Part shown: positions 22,623 to 33,677 of the stretch, piece after piece | How the letters are laid out: the number at the start of each line of letters is the position of its first letter | Position numbering within the stretch: position 1 is the stretch's first letter | Assembly (NCBI GenBank): GCA_002811645.1 | Contig: PDIP01000038.1 | Span: forward strand, 1 to 64,000 | From: Corallochytrium limacisporum Hawaii | Taxonomy: Eukaryota > Protista > Pluriformea | Length of the DNA: 64,000 nucleotides | Direction: 5' to 3' | Notes under the pieces: generated by a model | The model's database searches: none | The model's input: the letters and a program-made list of their open reading frames with translations, nothing else | Told to the model about the DNA's origin: nothing | Position numbers and translations under genes: made by a program

Positions 22623-25600
22623 AGTCTGTTACAATAAAGATCAGTTGACGAGTGCATTGTCCACCACTACCCAGCTTGATGATCGCTGCCTCTAATACCA
22701 CACCGGGGTCATCGCATCTGTCATCACGCAACGGTCACCCGAAAGACAGCAAACGCCACATCAGACAAGATTTGCTTTCCGTGTCGCTCCCTCCCAATAC
22801 ACCACTACATGTACAAGGGCACACAGACCTCAGAGGGACTTCTAGTCAGCAACACAATGGTATCTCAAGGCTCTCGAAACTTCCTCTCTACTGACTGTCC
22901 TTTTGGAATTTAAAAAAGAGGAGCAGGGAAGAACAGCAGTATGTGATTACGCGGGTGCCACGGTTGTTTCAAAATAGATCATTAATCTAGAGAACAATTC
23001 TTCACCTGTGCGTGTCTGTGGTGCATGGCAATCGAAACTCAGCGGTGTTGAGCTCTCCTCACGATATCTCGCTGGATATGTGAAGTCACAATGGAGTGCT
23101 CGGACGGGTTTTTGCCTGTTTTACTGCGTGTTTGTTCCGTCAGTTTTGCCCAAGGTTGACAAGGGCACAGGAAAACCCGCCCGGCGTGTGGTAATTTAGT
23201 AAAACGCGACGTTCAGACCAGGCCTTAAGCAATTTGGTACTTACCGTACCGCCCGGTCTTGCCGGGGGAATTGCAGGCGTGAACTGGTGGGAGCAATAGA
23301 CCCTTCGTTGGCAGCGAAGAGAGACAGTTTCGGTATATTCACTATAGGAAACTGCGAATAGGCAGACGGTCAGGTGATGACGGTAGGTACTCTGTACCAG
23401 ACGGTTTGGAAGTGTTCAGGTCAAGAAGTAGAGGTGAGTGTGAGATGAGCCTAGATCGACGTGAACGAGAATGGCCCGACAATCTCTGCACAGCATCGCA
23501 GTGGGGTTATCAAAGATTCTGATGATCATGAATGCGTGCATGGTCATCGTGAACCAGAGGACCAAAGACGCTCTTAGTTAGAACGTAATTCAGCACATCC
23601 ACAAGATTGAATGAGGGCTTCATCTTTGGCCAGTCACCTTAGATGGCATCACACAGTCGTCCTCGCTCACACCCGCCTTGCAAACCTTACAAAGAGAAGA
23701 CCCTGGTAGCAGCAAAGCGGCAGCACAACAACAGCACCAGTCCTAACGCGCCGGAGAAGCCGGGCCCTGCTCATTGCCACTTCTATTCCGGTCCCGGGAA
23801 AGAGGCGGTAGGGTTGTTGGAATGCCTGAACATCCGCCATCCATGTATACCGAGAAGTTATCCAACCGTGCCCATCCGATGAAACGTTTGGTATTGGCAG
23901 GCTCAGGTGTAGCATGTTCAGTTCCGTGGTTTGCAGTACGTAGTCGATTCGTCGCAACATCCTAGCCAGTTACGCAATCCACCCCAGTCCGCGTCCCCTT
24001 GCACAGGGAGGGCGCGCAGGGGTAGGATCAATTTTCCATTGCCTATTCCATGAGACTCCTTTTAGAAAAGAAGCGCAAGATTATGTAGACGGAAACAGTT
24101 CCGGTACAGTGGTGGTGTGGTCACTTGCGGTTCTGAAGCAGACACCACCATTGCCGGAGGCGCGGTAGGAAAGGGTGCTACCAAACGTGTACGGAAGGTC
24201 GCCCTCCCTCCCCCTAATCGTCTGTGCATGGGTGACGCCTAGCCCACCAGCCTTTCCCAATGGTGAGTGCCCCTGATTTGACATTCTCGGGTATCGGTGC
24301 AACGCCCTGGCATTTTGAGCCAAGAATTTCCCCAGAGTGGGAGAAGGGGTGGGGGAGGAGGGGGGGAGATGATTACAGCGCACTTCGCAGGATGGGTGAG
24401 CCGGTGATGAATACCGGGGTTGAGCACATTTTTTTTGGGCTTCTTTGCGTTCGTCACCCGAGATCTTCCAGTTCCACACCCTGCAAGCAATTCAGCCAAA
24501 AACAGTCAGCAGCCAGTAAAACACCCCAACCCCCCCAACCCCAACCCACAGTCATTGTGTAGAGAGACTCTGTGTGCAAAGAAGAAGTTCTCGGGAATGC
24601 AAAATCATGGTCCTCACATCCCCATCAACAAGGTCTGTTCTCTGTTGACTAATTGGGTGACACAGTATGTAAACTTGCTCATCGTCCGACGGCGAGGCAG
24701 CAAGGGATGGCTACGTAATGCTGCCGATGGATCCTGTGTGCTCCCCAGCAAGTGTAAGTGGCAGCCCACCCATCAATTCCAAAATAACGACATGGCTATT
24801 TTGATCCACCCGTTCACCAAACGGCGTATATACGTAGAAAGCACATGCGGCGGTAAACAAACAACCCTCTTTTCTTCCCCCCCCCGCAAGCCGAAGAACT
24901 GGGCGGAGCCGGGGACAGGTGGCCACTTGCCACTGTCCTTGTGTCCCGCGGGTAGGGTATAGGCTGACAGAGCCAGCGGCTTCGTGTGTCCCGCCGCATG
25001 CCCGGGACCTCCGACCGACCGAGCACATGGACGACGCCCAAACAAAAGGTACGGAACATTTCTTGACAAGAACAGCAACACTCTCTCACATTCACACACT
25101 GAAAGGAATCCGGAAGCGGGAGATCAAACGGAGGACAATGTAAAGAGACGGTGGCCTAGACTGGTTTGGGCTGTTTGGGGAAGTTCATTACATATGGAAT
25201 GTGGCTCTTAGATAGCAGTATCACACAAGGAGTATACCATTAAGACAATCTGCAATTCTGGGCGGGACACCAAGACGTTTTTGTTTTATTAGTCGTCGTC
25301 CCCGTTCTTAAGAGCAATGTATAGAGTTGGAGTATGGAGACAAACTCCCAACACATGAGAAAAATGGCGTAAGGATGACTATAGGATCACCCCCTCAAAG
25401 CAACAAAAAGAAGAATCCCCCCTTATCGACAAACGGGCCCCCGCGGCTCACGCTTAGTTAATTCCGCACGTAATGCGCAATTCTCCTCATTTCGTCAGTC
25501 TGTTCAACAATTTTCGTGCCGCCGTCGTCGTCGTGATCCATGGAAAATTGGGGTTGGGCCATGATACTCAAAGTGTGAAGAAAAAAGGAAAGGAGGGGCA

Positions 25601-26339
25601 TTACTGGCGCAATACAAAGACATGGGAGGCATGTATATTCCTTCGGCCGGATCGATCCGCATCATGCAAACACTCTATATATATATATAATGTATGGCAG
25701 TGCGATCGGGGGTTGGGTGGTTGCGGTCCCGGTACGGGTGTGTGACCGTTCGCGCATCGTAGGCAGAGCTGGGGGAATCTTCCCGTGAGGTCAAGAGTGG
25801 GAATTGTTCGATTCGTCAATGTTGTGATTATTTTTAGATGAATTTTATATATGGATGAGTCGGCAGTGTTTGGACGCTTGCACAACTCGGTGTGTTGGTC
25901 TCACACAGATCGGGTGAGAAAATATTCAGCGAGCTGTGGGCAACTCGCACAATTAAAGCGTCCAGAGCTCCGAAATGTCACCCGAGGACTGCTATATAAT
26001 TATTACCGTCAGGAGCCACGCGTGTGCTCCCGGGAAAATTTTCTCCGCCGAACGTTCGATTCGCGACCACGGCAGCCGGGAGCTCTGAGCGCTTTAGAGA
26101 AAGTGGAAGTCCGAAGGCTCCCCGACAGAGCCTCTCCGAGTTTCAATATTTAATGTGTGTACTATTGCCAAGCCAGGCGGGATTACCCTTGGGAATAGAA
26201 GGGCGGGTGGCGAACGTTCGGCATGGATGAGCGCGCGCAAAGGAGGAAGCCGGCATTACGTCTGCGTCGGTCACAATCCCCAACTCTTCTGAGCTCATTA
26301 TGTGATACAATGAAATTGATATTTGTTATTACAGTATAT

Positions 26340-26621
26340 TTATAAGTTAAACACCACGCCATTCTGGACACCATTCATATTTGACATGTAACGCTCTAAG
26401 TGGGGTCTCTGCAGCCACGGACGTTGGGCTTGCCAAGGGCCTTCCTCAACAGCGTCGTAGACCTTGAGCTGACGAGTGGGTTCCTTGTGCATTCGGCATG
26501 GTGCCCACTCGTACCTGTGGTTGCTTTTGTATATTCAACGTACTCGTATCCTTTCGGGGTGTCCATACCAACATGGCAGCCAGCGGTGGGCATTGTATGA
26601 AAACGAAATCGCCATCATCAT
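26340..26621 (-). other. Candidate small spliced ORF or frameshifted gene fragment
   Basis: GT..AG pairs at 26686-26624 and 26568-26515; a codon-biased stretch; see findings. Confidence 0.3.
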
Positions 26622-28369
26622 GCCTGTACCGCCCCCGCACGGACACAACCCATGAACGTCTTCACAGCATCTTACACGACACATACGTCAAGTGAGGTTC
26701 GAACGTTGATATATTAAATATAAAATACCTTCATCATTTTCCCTTATCACCTATAGAATCGCAAAGATACGTGGCGCGCAGTACTGACGAAGGATAGGGA
26801 GGGAGAAAAATCTAGAAAAACGGACGGTGTCATTCAAAATTTTAATGCGGGTGGTCTATTTGCTATGCATAATTATCGCGAGGAGCATTGTTCTCTCTTG
26901 TTGTTGTTTTCCCATTCTCCCGAGTCTTGTGTTCCGTTCGGTAATCCTTCTGTGCACGTACCCTTTATTTCCATACTGTAAAACCCAGAAATTTCGCGAA
27001 AACTGGGATGGAACAAAAGCCGCAAACCGCCAAAAACGATAATCGACCGCTGGGGCCCCGGGAACCACAACAGTGTATCGTGCATAGGTGCATCCTATTC
27101 TTGTATGAATTTCCTAATAATAAATATATTAAAATTTGACAACATAGAATATCATTTATCGCAGTCTTTCGGTGGCATGAATCAGTCGCTTTTCGCTACG
27201 GCTCATTTTCCTCCGATTTTCATCTTGGCCCCTTGGGAGAACAAATTCAGAAGAAAAACGAAGCACACCTCCCCTAAAGAGACAACAAGAACGAGAGAAG
27301 GTGATACATTACTACCGGAAGACGGAAGTAATACAAAAGTTTAAAATAATTCTAGACGGAAGATCACCACCAGCTGTCAGTTTTCTCCACCATCCCAGAC
27401 CGTGGCAGTAATCGTTCTGTGGCTGGTTCTGCGCGAAGTAGCCATACGAAATTCATCACGGAGTGAGAACGAACTGACGAATGGGAGCACATTGTTTTCT
27501 ATAGTTCCATATTTTCCGTGTTTGTATTTTCGTGTCGAATGGGGGCTAGACACTCCTTAAAACTTCGTTGTGGATCTATGGATATCCCAGTCGGGCACAC
27601 TGTCCCAAACCTTTCCCCTCTCGTTTCTCCGAACCGTGGCAATTCGCAGACAAAGTGCGGAAGACTCAAGTTTTTCGCGCAAGAAGAAACTCGCGCCACA
27701 CACTCGTCTCTCTGGGGCACGAAAAGAATTCTGTATAGAAACTGTGTGAAAGAAGAGAAGAATTCTTTGGACCTCTGTTTGGGCGGTGAAGGGGACATTG
27801 AGAGAAAAATTTCTAACCGGGAGGGGGGAAGGGGGGATTTTTGGTAGAGACTTTGGGGAACGATATGACATTGACGAACTGAAACGGCTATTGTTCTATG
27901 CCTCAGAAAAAAGGACTCAACGAAGCAGAAAAGGGTTTCAGTCCAACTTTGCCATGGCTTTTGTTTCGTTAGACCGGCTTTGGGCGTCTCGATGAATTTA
28001 ATCACGCAGTAGCGGAAGCAAGAACGCGCATCTTCATGTTTAAGGATCTAAAAAACCCTCCCCCGCAATGGTCTGCAGTCTGTTACTGCTATTTCAAAAT
28101 TGTCAGGTTCCAACGGGTCAAGCGATTGAGTTTCTTTGCGAGAATTTTTTAAAGACGATAAAGATTTGGATAAACCGAACTGTTTGGACAATTCCACCAG
28201 TGGAAGGCTGCATACTTGGACATTCTTGGCGGGTCCTTGACTCTCGGATAGGAGAACTCCGCCTCTCTCGATAAGCAACGCATCAAAGGTTAGCCTCGGG
28301 CTCGAGAGTGCGCGTAATGTTTGTATACGACTGCTCATAAATTGATCAGTCAGGGTTTGTTACCATCCA

Positions 28370-29791
28370 ATGGCACCTCCACAGACACCACCTGCACCAA
28401 TGGCTATTGGCGTATCGTCGAAGCCGGTTGGCTCAAAGCCGGTCGTCCTAAAACGCCGGCGTTTGGAACCGGGTTTGGAACCAGAACCAGAACAGAAGAA
28501 GAAGAAGAAACGTTTCACCGGAGAGATTGAAGTGGGATTGAAACTACCAGTCCTCCTTAAAGATGACATTTGGTGTGAGGCCGAAGTCCTGGAGATCTCG
28601 GAAGGACAAAACGGCGAAAAGCATTACTTTGTTCACTACGTGGACTATGACAAGCGCATGGACTCATGGGTTACTCAGGATAAGCTTGATATTGAAACCT
28701 TGAAGTCTCGGGAACAGGAACCGGCTGCAAAGCCTCCACCTCTCAAGTTGAGCGTCGGGCCAGAAAAGAAAGTGACCCGCTTCCAAAAAAGAAAACATGA
28801 TGTTGCAAACCATGTTCAAACCAGCATTGACGAAATGGACCCTCATATGGCTGCAGCAGAACGGGAGCACGCAGCGCTGACCAAGGTTAAGTATATTAAC
28901 AAGATTCAGTATGGCCGGTACGAAATCGATACATGGTACTTCTCTCCGTACCCGGATGAGTACGGGAAGTGTAAGAAGCTGTACATCTGTGAGTTCTGTC
29001 ACAAGTACATGAAATACGAAGAGAACCTGGTCAAGCATCGTCAGCAATGCACATATTACCATCCTCCGGGCAAGGAAATCTATCGAAAAGGTGAGATCAG
29101 CGCATATGAAGTTGATGGGAAGTATGCAAAGGTTTACTGCCAAAATCTTTGCCTTTTGGCTAAGTTGTTCCTGGACCACAAAACACTTTACTTTGACGTG
29201 GAACCGTTCTTGTTCTACATCATCTGTGTTGTAAATGAGTATGGAGCAGAGATGGTTGGTTACTTCTCCAAGGAAAAGGACAGTCCTGACAATTACAACC
29301 TTGCATGCATTCTGACCATGCCCCAGCATCAGCGAAAGGGATACGGCAAATTGCTCATTGATTTGAGCTATGCCATCAGTCGGCGGGAGACAAAGGTGGG
29401 CAGCCCGGAAAAGCCTCTGTCAGATCTGGGTGCCATTACTTACAGGCAGTACTGGGCTACTGTTCTGTTGCAGCGGTTGCGGGAACATCGCGGTGCGGTG
29501 ACTGTCGCAGCGCTTTCCAAAGAGACGTGCTTCACCCAGCAGGATATCATCACTACGCTGCAGTCACTGGGTCTCATCAAGTACTGGAAGGGACAGCACG
29601 TTGTGGCCGTGACACCGAAAATTCTTGACGACTTCTTGGCTTCAAAGGACTTCCGGCCCTTGCAGATTACCATTGACGACAGCTGCTTTGTATACTCGCC
29701 AACTCGGCGCGCCTCGGAAAGTTCACAGGGCAGTAAGGCATCGTCAAAGAATGGCAAGAATGGCAAGAATGGAAAAAACGGGAAGCGGTGA
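28370..29791 (+). CDS. KAT8: MYST histone acetyltransferase KAT8/MOF
   Basis: Chromo-barrel (YFVHYVDYDKRMDSWV), MOF-type linker VTRFQKRKHD..NHVQ...EMDP...EREH..LTKVK, C2HC finger, FLDHKTLYFDV, QRKGYG, GSPEKPLSDLG. Confidence 0.93.
   Translation: MAPPQTPPAPMAIGVSSKPVGSKPVVLKRRRLEPGLEPEPEQKKKKKRFTGEIEVGLKLPVLLKDDIWCEAEVLEISEGQNGEKHYFVHYVDYDKRMDSWVTQDKLDIETLKSREQEPAAKPPPLKLSVGPEKKVTRFQKRKHDVANHVQTSIDEMDPHMAAAEREHAALTKVKYINKIQYGRYEIDTWYFSPYPDEYGKCKKLYICEFCHKYMKYEENLVKHRQQCTYYHPPGKEIYRKGEISAYEVDGKYAKVYCQNLCLLAKLFLDHKTLYFDVEPFLFYIICVVNEYGAEMVGYFSKEKDSPDNYNLACILTMPQHQRKGYGKLLIDLSYAISRRETKVGSPEKPLSDLGAITYRQYWATVLLQRLREHRGAVTVAALSKETCFTQQDIITTLQSLGLIKYWKGQHVVAVTPKILDDFLASKDFRPLQITIDDSCFVYSPTRRASESSQGSKASSKNGKNGKNGKNGKR
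29747..29782 (+). repeat. (KNG)4 / AAGAATGGC-type tandem repeat at the KAT8 C-terminus
   Basis: aagaatggc aagaatggc aagaatgga aaaaacggg. Confidence 0.85.
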
Positions 29792-30061
29792 ACTACCGTC
29801 GACATAAATAACTATCAAAAAACTTATACAAAAGTACACAATATAAACCATAATTGTATTTGCCCACGCCTGTAGATCATGCACCTTGGAGGTGAGAACC
29901 AAGACGTTTCAGGAACTTCTGTTGTGCTTTGATAGGTACGTTTCTTTATTCACATGTATGTTACATCCTTAATACTATGTTCTCCACTTGTCCCGAAGCT
30001 TCTTTTCCATTTCCGTGCAAGTCTTCATATTCGGGTCCATTTTGACTGGCTTAAGTGCTTC

Positions 30062-30388
30062 CTACGCTGGGTCTGCCTTGGCCATCTTTCTTTCCATTTC
30101 CAAGAATGCCTTCATCCCGGGATCCATAGCGACACTGGCTGGTGTGGCAGGTCCCATGTCCACAGTGCGATCCATTTCTTTAACTTTCTTATTGTATTCT
30201 TCAACATCTAGTGCATACTGATCCCATACACACACCCTGCAGCCAGACATGCAACAAAGCTCTGGCGCAGGTGGCTCAGGCGGCTTCAGCTGTGGCATAC
30301 TGGCGGACGTATAGCGTGCCGTCTGCCATGTCCCAGTCCTATGAAACAACCGATTCATTTGTCGGACTAGTGACAAATGTCGTGACAT
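30062..30388 (-). CDS. OXLD1: Oxidoreductase-like domain protein (OXLD1/UPF0651), probably mitochondrial
   Basis: KPPEPPAPELCCMSGCRVCVWDQY motif; C-terminal MDPGMKAFLEMERK; Arg/Ser/Leu-rich N-terminus without acidic residues, resembling a presequence. Confidence 0.85.
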   Translation of the reverse strand: MSRHLSLVRQMNRLFHRTGTWQTARYTSASMPQLKPPEPPAPELCCMSGCRVCVWDQYALDVEEYNKKVKEMDRTVDMGPATPASVAMDPGMKAFLEMERKMAKADPA

Positions 30389-31318
30389 TTTTCTTTACTA
30401 CTTTCATGAAATGGTTTCCAGATCACTGTTATACATATTATAGGTGACCGGTGTATATAATACATTAGTCAGCAAAATAAGACCTTTTCGCAAATTTTCA
30501 ATTCTTATCCCTTATATACCTATGCGGCACAATGTCACAAGGATGTATTGACAACAAAGAGCGTGACGTGAGTAAGGGGTGCGAAAGTTATTACCAAAAT
30601 ATAGCACCGAAATATTCTTTCAAAAATACTCAATACCGCCCGCCTTAACCGGTCCTTCGGCTGGCGCAACCAATGGTCCCTCTCCCAAGAGGGTCACGCC
30701 TTACCCGACTGCAAGGGAGCGTGTAAGTGCCCGGCGATCTCGAGACCCCCCCCCCTTTTTACCCACCCCCTTTCTCAGTCTCAGTCTCAGTCATGGGGCC
30801 GTAAGGAGGCTCGCACGCTCGACCGGAAGAGGCAGATCAAATCTTTTCTCCCTCAACCCGCCCCCCAGAAAACGCGGGGTAGGGCGCCGGCCGCGATGGA
30901 AGCGCGAAACTGGAGACTGGCGAGGAGGGACCCTTGGAGGGTTTGGATCGAGAGACAAGGGGGCCCCCGGGGGGGGGGGGTCTGTATCTCTGCGTCAGCC
31001 CCGCGTGCCTGCAGATTAGGAGTGCAGCACTTACACACCGACAGGAACGATTGTCGTTGGGCTCTTTTGTTCGACAGCTTGTGATCTGATAATAACATTC
31101 GCTCTAGTCTGATCACCCTGGTGATGGATATCTGTGACGATTACACACAGACTTTTGTTTCAGAGATGGAGAGTAAGGTAAAAGATCTCGCGAATGAAAG
31201 TAAATCCTTCTGACCAACGGTTCGTGTATACGTACCACGAACTCAGACAAAGGCGTGCATACCTATGAAGTAGTAGCAAACCAACATTAAGATGTAGGGC
31301 TCACGGTACAACAAGACA

Positions 31319-33550
31319 ATGACGGAGAAGAATATGGAGTCCTGGCGGCTCCAATATCAGCCGTCTAACGCAAGCAAGTCTGCTGATGGACGGCAAGGTA
31401 AAGACCCGCTTCGGTCACAAACTGCCGTTATCCCAGTAATGGACCTTGCAAACGCACGGCTGAAGGAGTCAATTTCATTATTGAACGCGGCGGCACAGAA
31501 TACAGGTCGATCCACTGTGTTTCAGCAACTGCCCAAGCACATGAGACGCAGAGCTATGAGCCACAAACCAAAGCGACTCCCTAGACGTCATCAACAGACC
31601 GCCAAGGAGCAAATGCAGACGCCACAGGACCCCAAGAAGGTCAATAGAAAGCATCGGAGGCGCCCTCGAAATTTGAAAAAGGAGTTTAGTCAGCGACCGG
31701 GCCATGCAACGTGGATGGAGACTCATATTTGGCATGCCAAACGAATGCACATGGGAGATCGGTGGGGCCTGAAATTAGCACTCTATCCGAATGACAAGCA
31801 TGAACGGGCCTTGTACAGAGCACTCAAGAATCAAGCAACGATTCATGATGCCTCCTACTGGACCCCAATTGAATTGGAGTACACTGGTCTAGCAACTAAC
31901 GCACTGTTGATCTGCCAGGAAATGTTGAAGTCAGTTAATGCCATCGGTGCACCCAACTCGGGCATTGCTGCGCAACATCTCGTCGGACGGGACTTTAGAT
32001 ATCAAGGTAATTTACACGTATACGACCAGTCAACGTATGTCGGAGAAATCCAGGTTCAGTTTGTGGGCAATTCATTACTTTGGGTCTGGGCGCACCCTGC
32101 CTCTGCGGGATCTGTCAAAGAACTGTTGAGCCAGACGATTCACCAGGACGTACGCGTGAATGATCCTATCAAATTCCCACCACAGAGATTTGAGCTCCGT
32201 GGTCCACGCGCAGCTGAGTTGATCACACGTTGCTTCATGGGCTACGAGAATGCTGATGTGACTAAGTTGAGTACAAGTGGCCTGCAGGCAATGCCACGAC
32301 ACGGGATTCAGGCGACTGTTGTCGTGAATCCCATGCGAACCTTCCCGCCGGCTCGGCTACTGACTGGGAGACGGGATAAAGTGGAAGAGCAGGGGCATAG
32401 TCATCTAAATGTACCTCAGGACAGTGAAGACGCGGTAGACGCATTTGGCCCCAAGAGTCGGGAAACACTGTTTTTCGCCATTGATGACTCTGAAGATCTT
32501 GAGAAAGCGAATGAGGATCCCAACGGCAAGGTCAAAGAAAGGCGCATGAGACACAATAGTAAGATCAAGAACAAGTTTTTACTAAGCGGAGACCGTGGTA
32601 TCAAGGTGCCCCTCATGATCATTCGCAGAGGATGTCATTCGAAGGCACGAGCATTGTATCACGGAGTGAACAACCCTGGTAAGCAGCCCCTGGAAGGATA
32701 CGACCTTGTGATCCCTGCGGGCTGGGGCCGTGCGTTCTGGAACCCCTTAGTGTTTGCATCGGCAAGGGTGATGGGACTGAATAACTTATATCAACTTTCA
32801 GGCTCGTTTGCAGGCCCATTGACCGGTGCCGGGATTATGGGCCTGCCTTTTCCATGGTCGAGCCCGGATACGCCGGCCTATCGGGAGATGATGGACCAGG
32901 ACCGATTCCAGGCGGAGACGAAGTATGTGTCAAAGCCCCCTGCAAAACGAATCAATTACCACCGTCTAGCACAGCCATCCCCGTTTGCCCCAGATTGGGG
33001 TAGTGTTTGCCCTGGCAAGAAACCCTTCCATGTCTTGCGTAAACGAGAGCTGCTCAAAACGCTGTACATTGTCGTGAATCGATCAACTGACGTAAATATG
33101 CAAAAACGGAACAAAGTTGCCAATCAGCTCGCTGGAAAGAGCGCGCTAGCTGACCTTGAGGCAGTTGTAAGCAAGGATGACACACAGCAGGCGCTAGTCA
33201 TGGTCAGCATCACAGCTTTGGAAGGTAATCCGGAGAGATGGGCACCGCTAAGTCTTGCCTCTCTTTCCAAACCAGTTACTGACTGGCCAAAGCAGGAACC
33301 TATTAAAGTTGCAGCGGAATGCGTCCCCGCGTTCCCTACTGTGGGCTACGCGGAGACTATCGGCTTCAATGACCGCGCGGGCAAGTGCGCGGGCATGGGC
33401 TTTGTCAGCCTGCGGAGCTTGTTGGAATTTGCGAAACTGAGCTGTGACCCGGAGAAAAGTCTGCAGATCCAGCACCAGTTTCTGATCCGGCCGCTGGGCA
33501 GCCCACAGTACCGTCCCGTAGTCCTTCAGATCCACATTCCATCAACGTAA
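31319..33550 (+). CDS. POP1: RNase P/MRP protein subunit Pop1
   Basis: FQQLPKHMRRRAMSH..KRLP, WMETHIWHAKRMHM...WG, HDASY, GYDLVIPAGWGRAFW, KPPAKRINY..L..PSPF..DW. Confidence 0.95.
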   Translation: MTEKNMESWRLQYQPSNASKSADGRQGKDPLRSQTAVIPVMDLANARLKESISLLNAAAQNTGRSTVFQQLPKHMRRRAMSHKPKRLPRRHQQTAKEQMQTPQDPKKVNRKHRRRPRNLKKEFSQRPGHATWMETHIWHAKRMHMGDRWGLKLALYPNDKHERALYRALKNQATIHDASYWTPIELEYTGLATNALLICQEMLKSVNAIGAPNSGIAAQHLVGRDFRYQGNLHVYDQSTYVGEIQVQFVGNSLLWVWAHPASAGSVKELLSQTIHQDVRVNDPIKFPPQRFELRGPRAAELITRCFMGYENADVTKLSTSGLQAMPRHGIQATVVVNPMRTFPPARLLTGRRDKVEEQGHSHLNVPQDSEDAVDAFGPKSRETLFFAIDDSEDLEKANEDPNGKVKERRMRHNSKIKNKFLLSGDRGIKVPLMIIRRGCHSKARALYHGVNNPGKQPLEGYDLVIPAGWGRAFWNPLVFASARVMGLNNLYQLSGSFAGPLTGAGIMGLPFPWSSPDTPAYREMMDQDRFQAETKYVSKPPAKRINYHRLAQPSPFAPDWGSVCPGKKPFHVLRKRELLKTLYIVVNRSTDVNMQKRNKVANQLAGKSALADLEAVVSKDDTQQALVMVSITALEGNPERWAPLSLASLSKPVTDWPKQEPIKVAAECVPAFPTVGYAETIGFNDRAGKCAGMGFVSLRSLLEFAKLSCDPEKSLQIQHQFLIRPLGSPQYRPVVLQIHIPST

Positions 33551-33677
33551 CAATTTTTCAAGCAACAGTATGCGGCATTGTGTATATAAAGGAACATTCG
33601 AACAAAACAGATATGTAATTCTTTGGAGTTAAGTTACTAGGCTTTGTTGCTAAGATATCCAGTATACGTTCACAGAT

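Noticed and set aside
27440-27486. Hammerhead-like GAAA...CTGACGA
   Set aside because: Stems I and III and the NUH cleavage site cannot be formed in register.
29861-29900. Alu/7SL-like string GCCCACGCCTGTAG..GCACCTTGGAGG
   Set aside because: Only about 35 nt of loose similarity, with no 5' GCCGGGCGCGG and no SRP S-domain; it lies in convergent 3' flanks and is probably chance.
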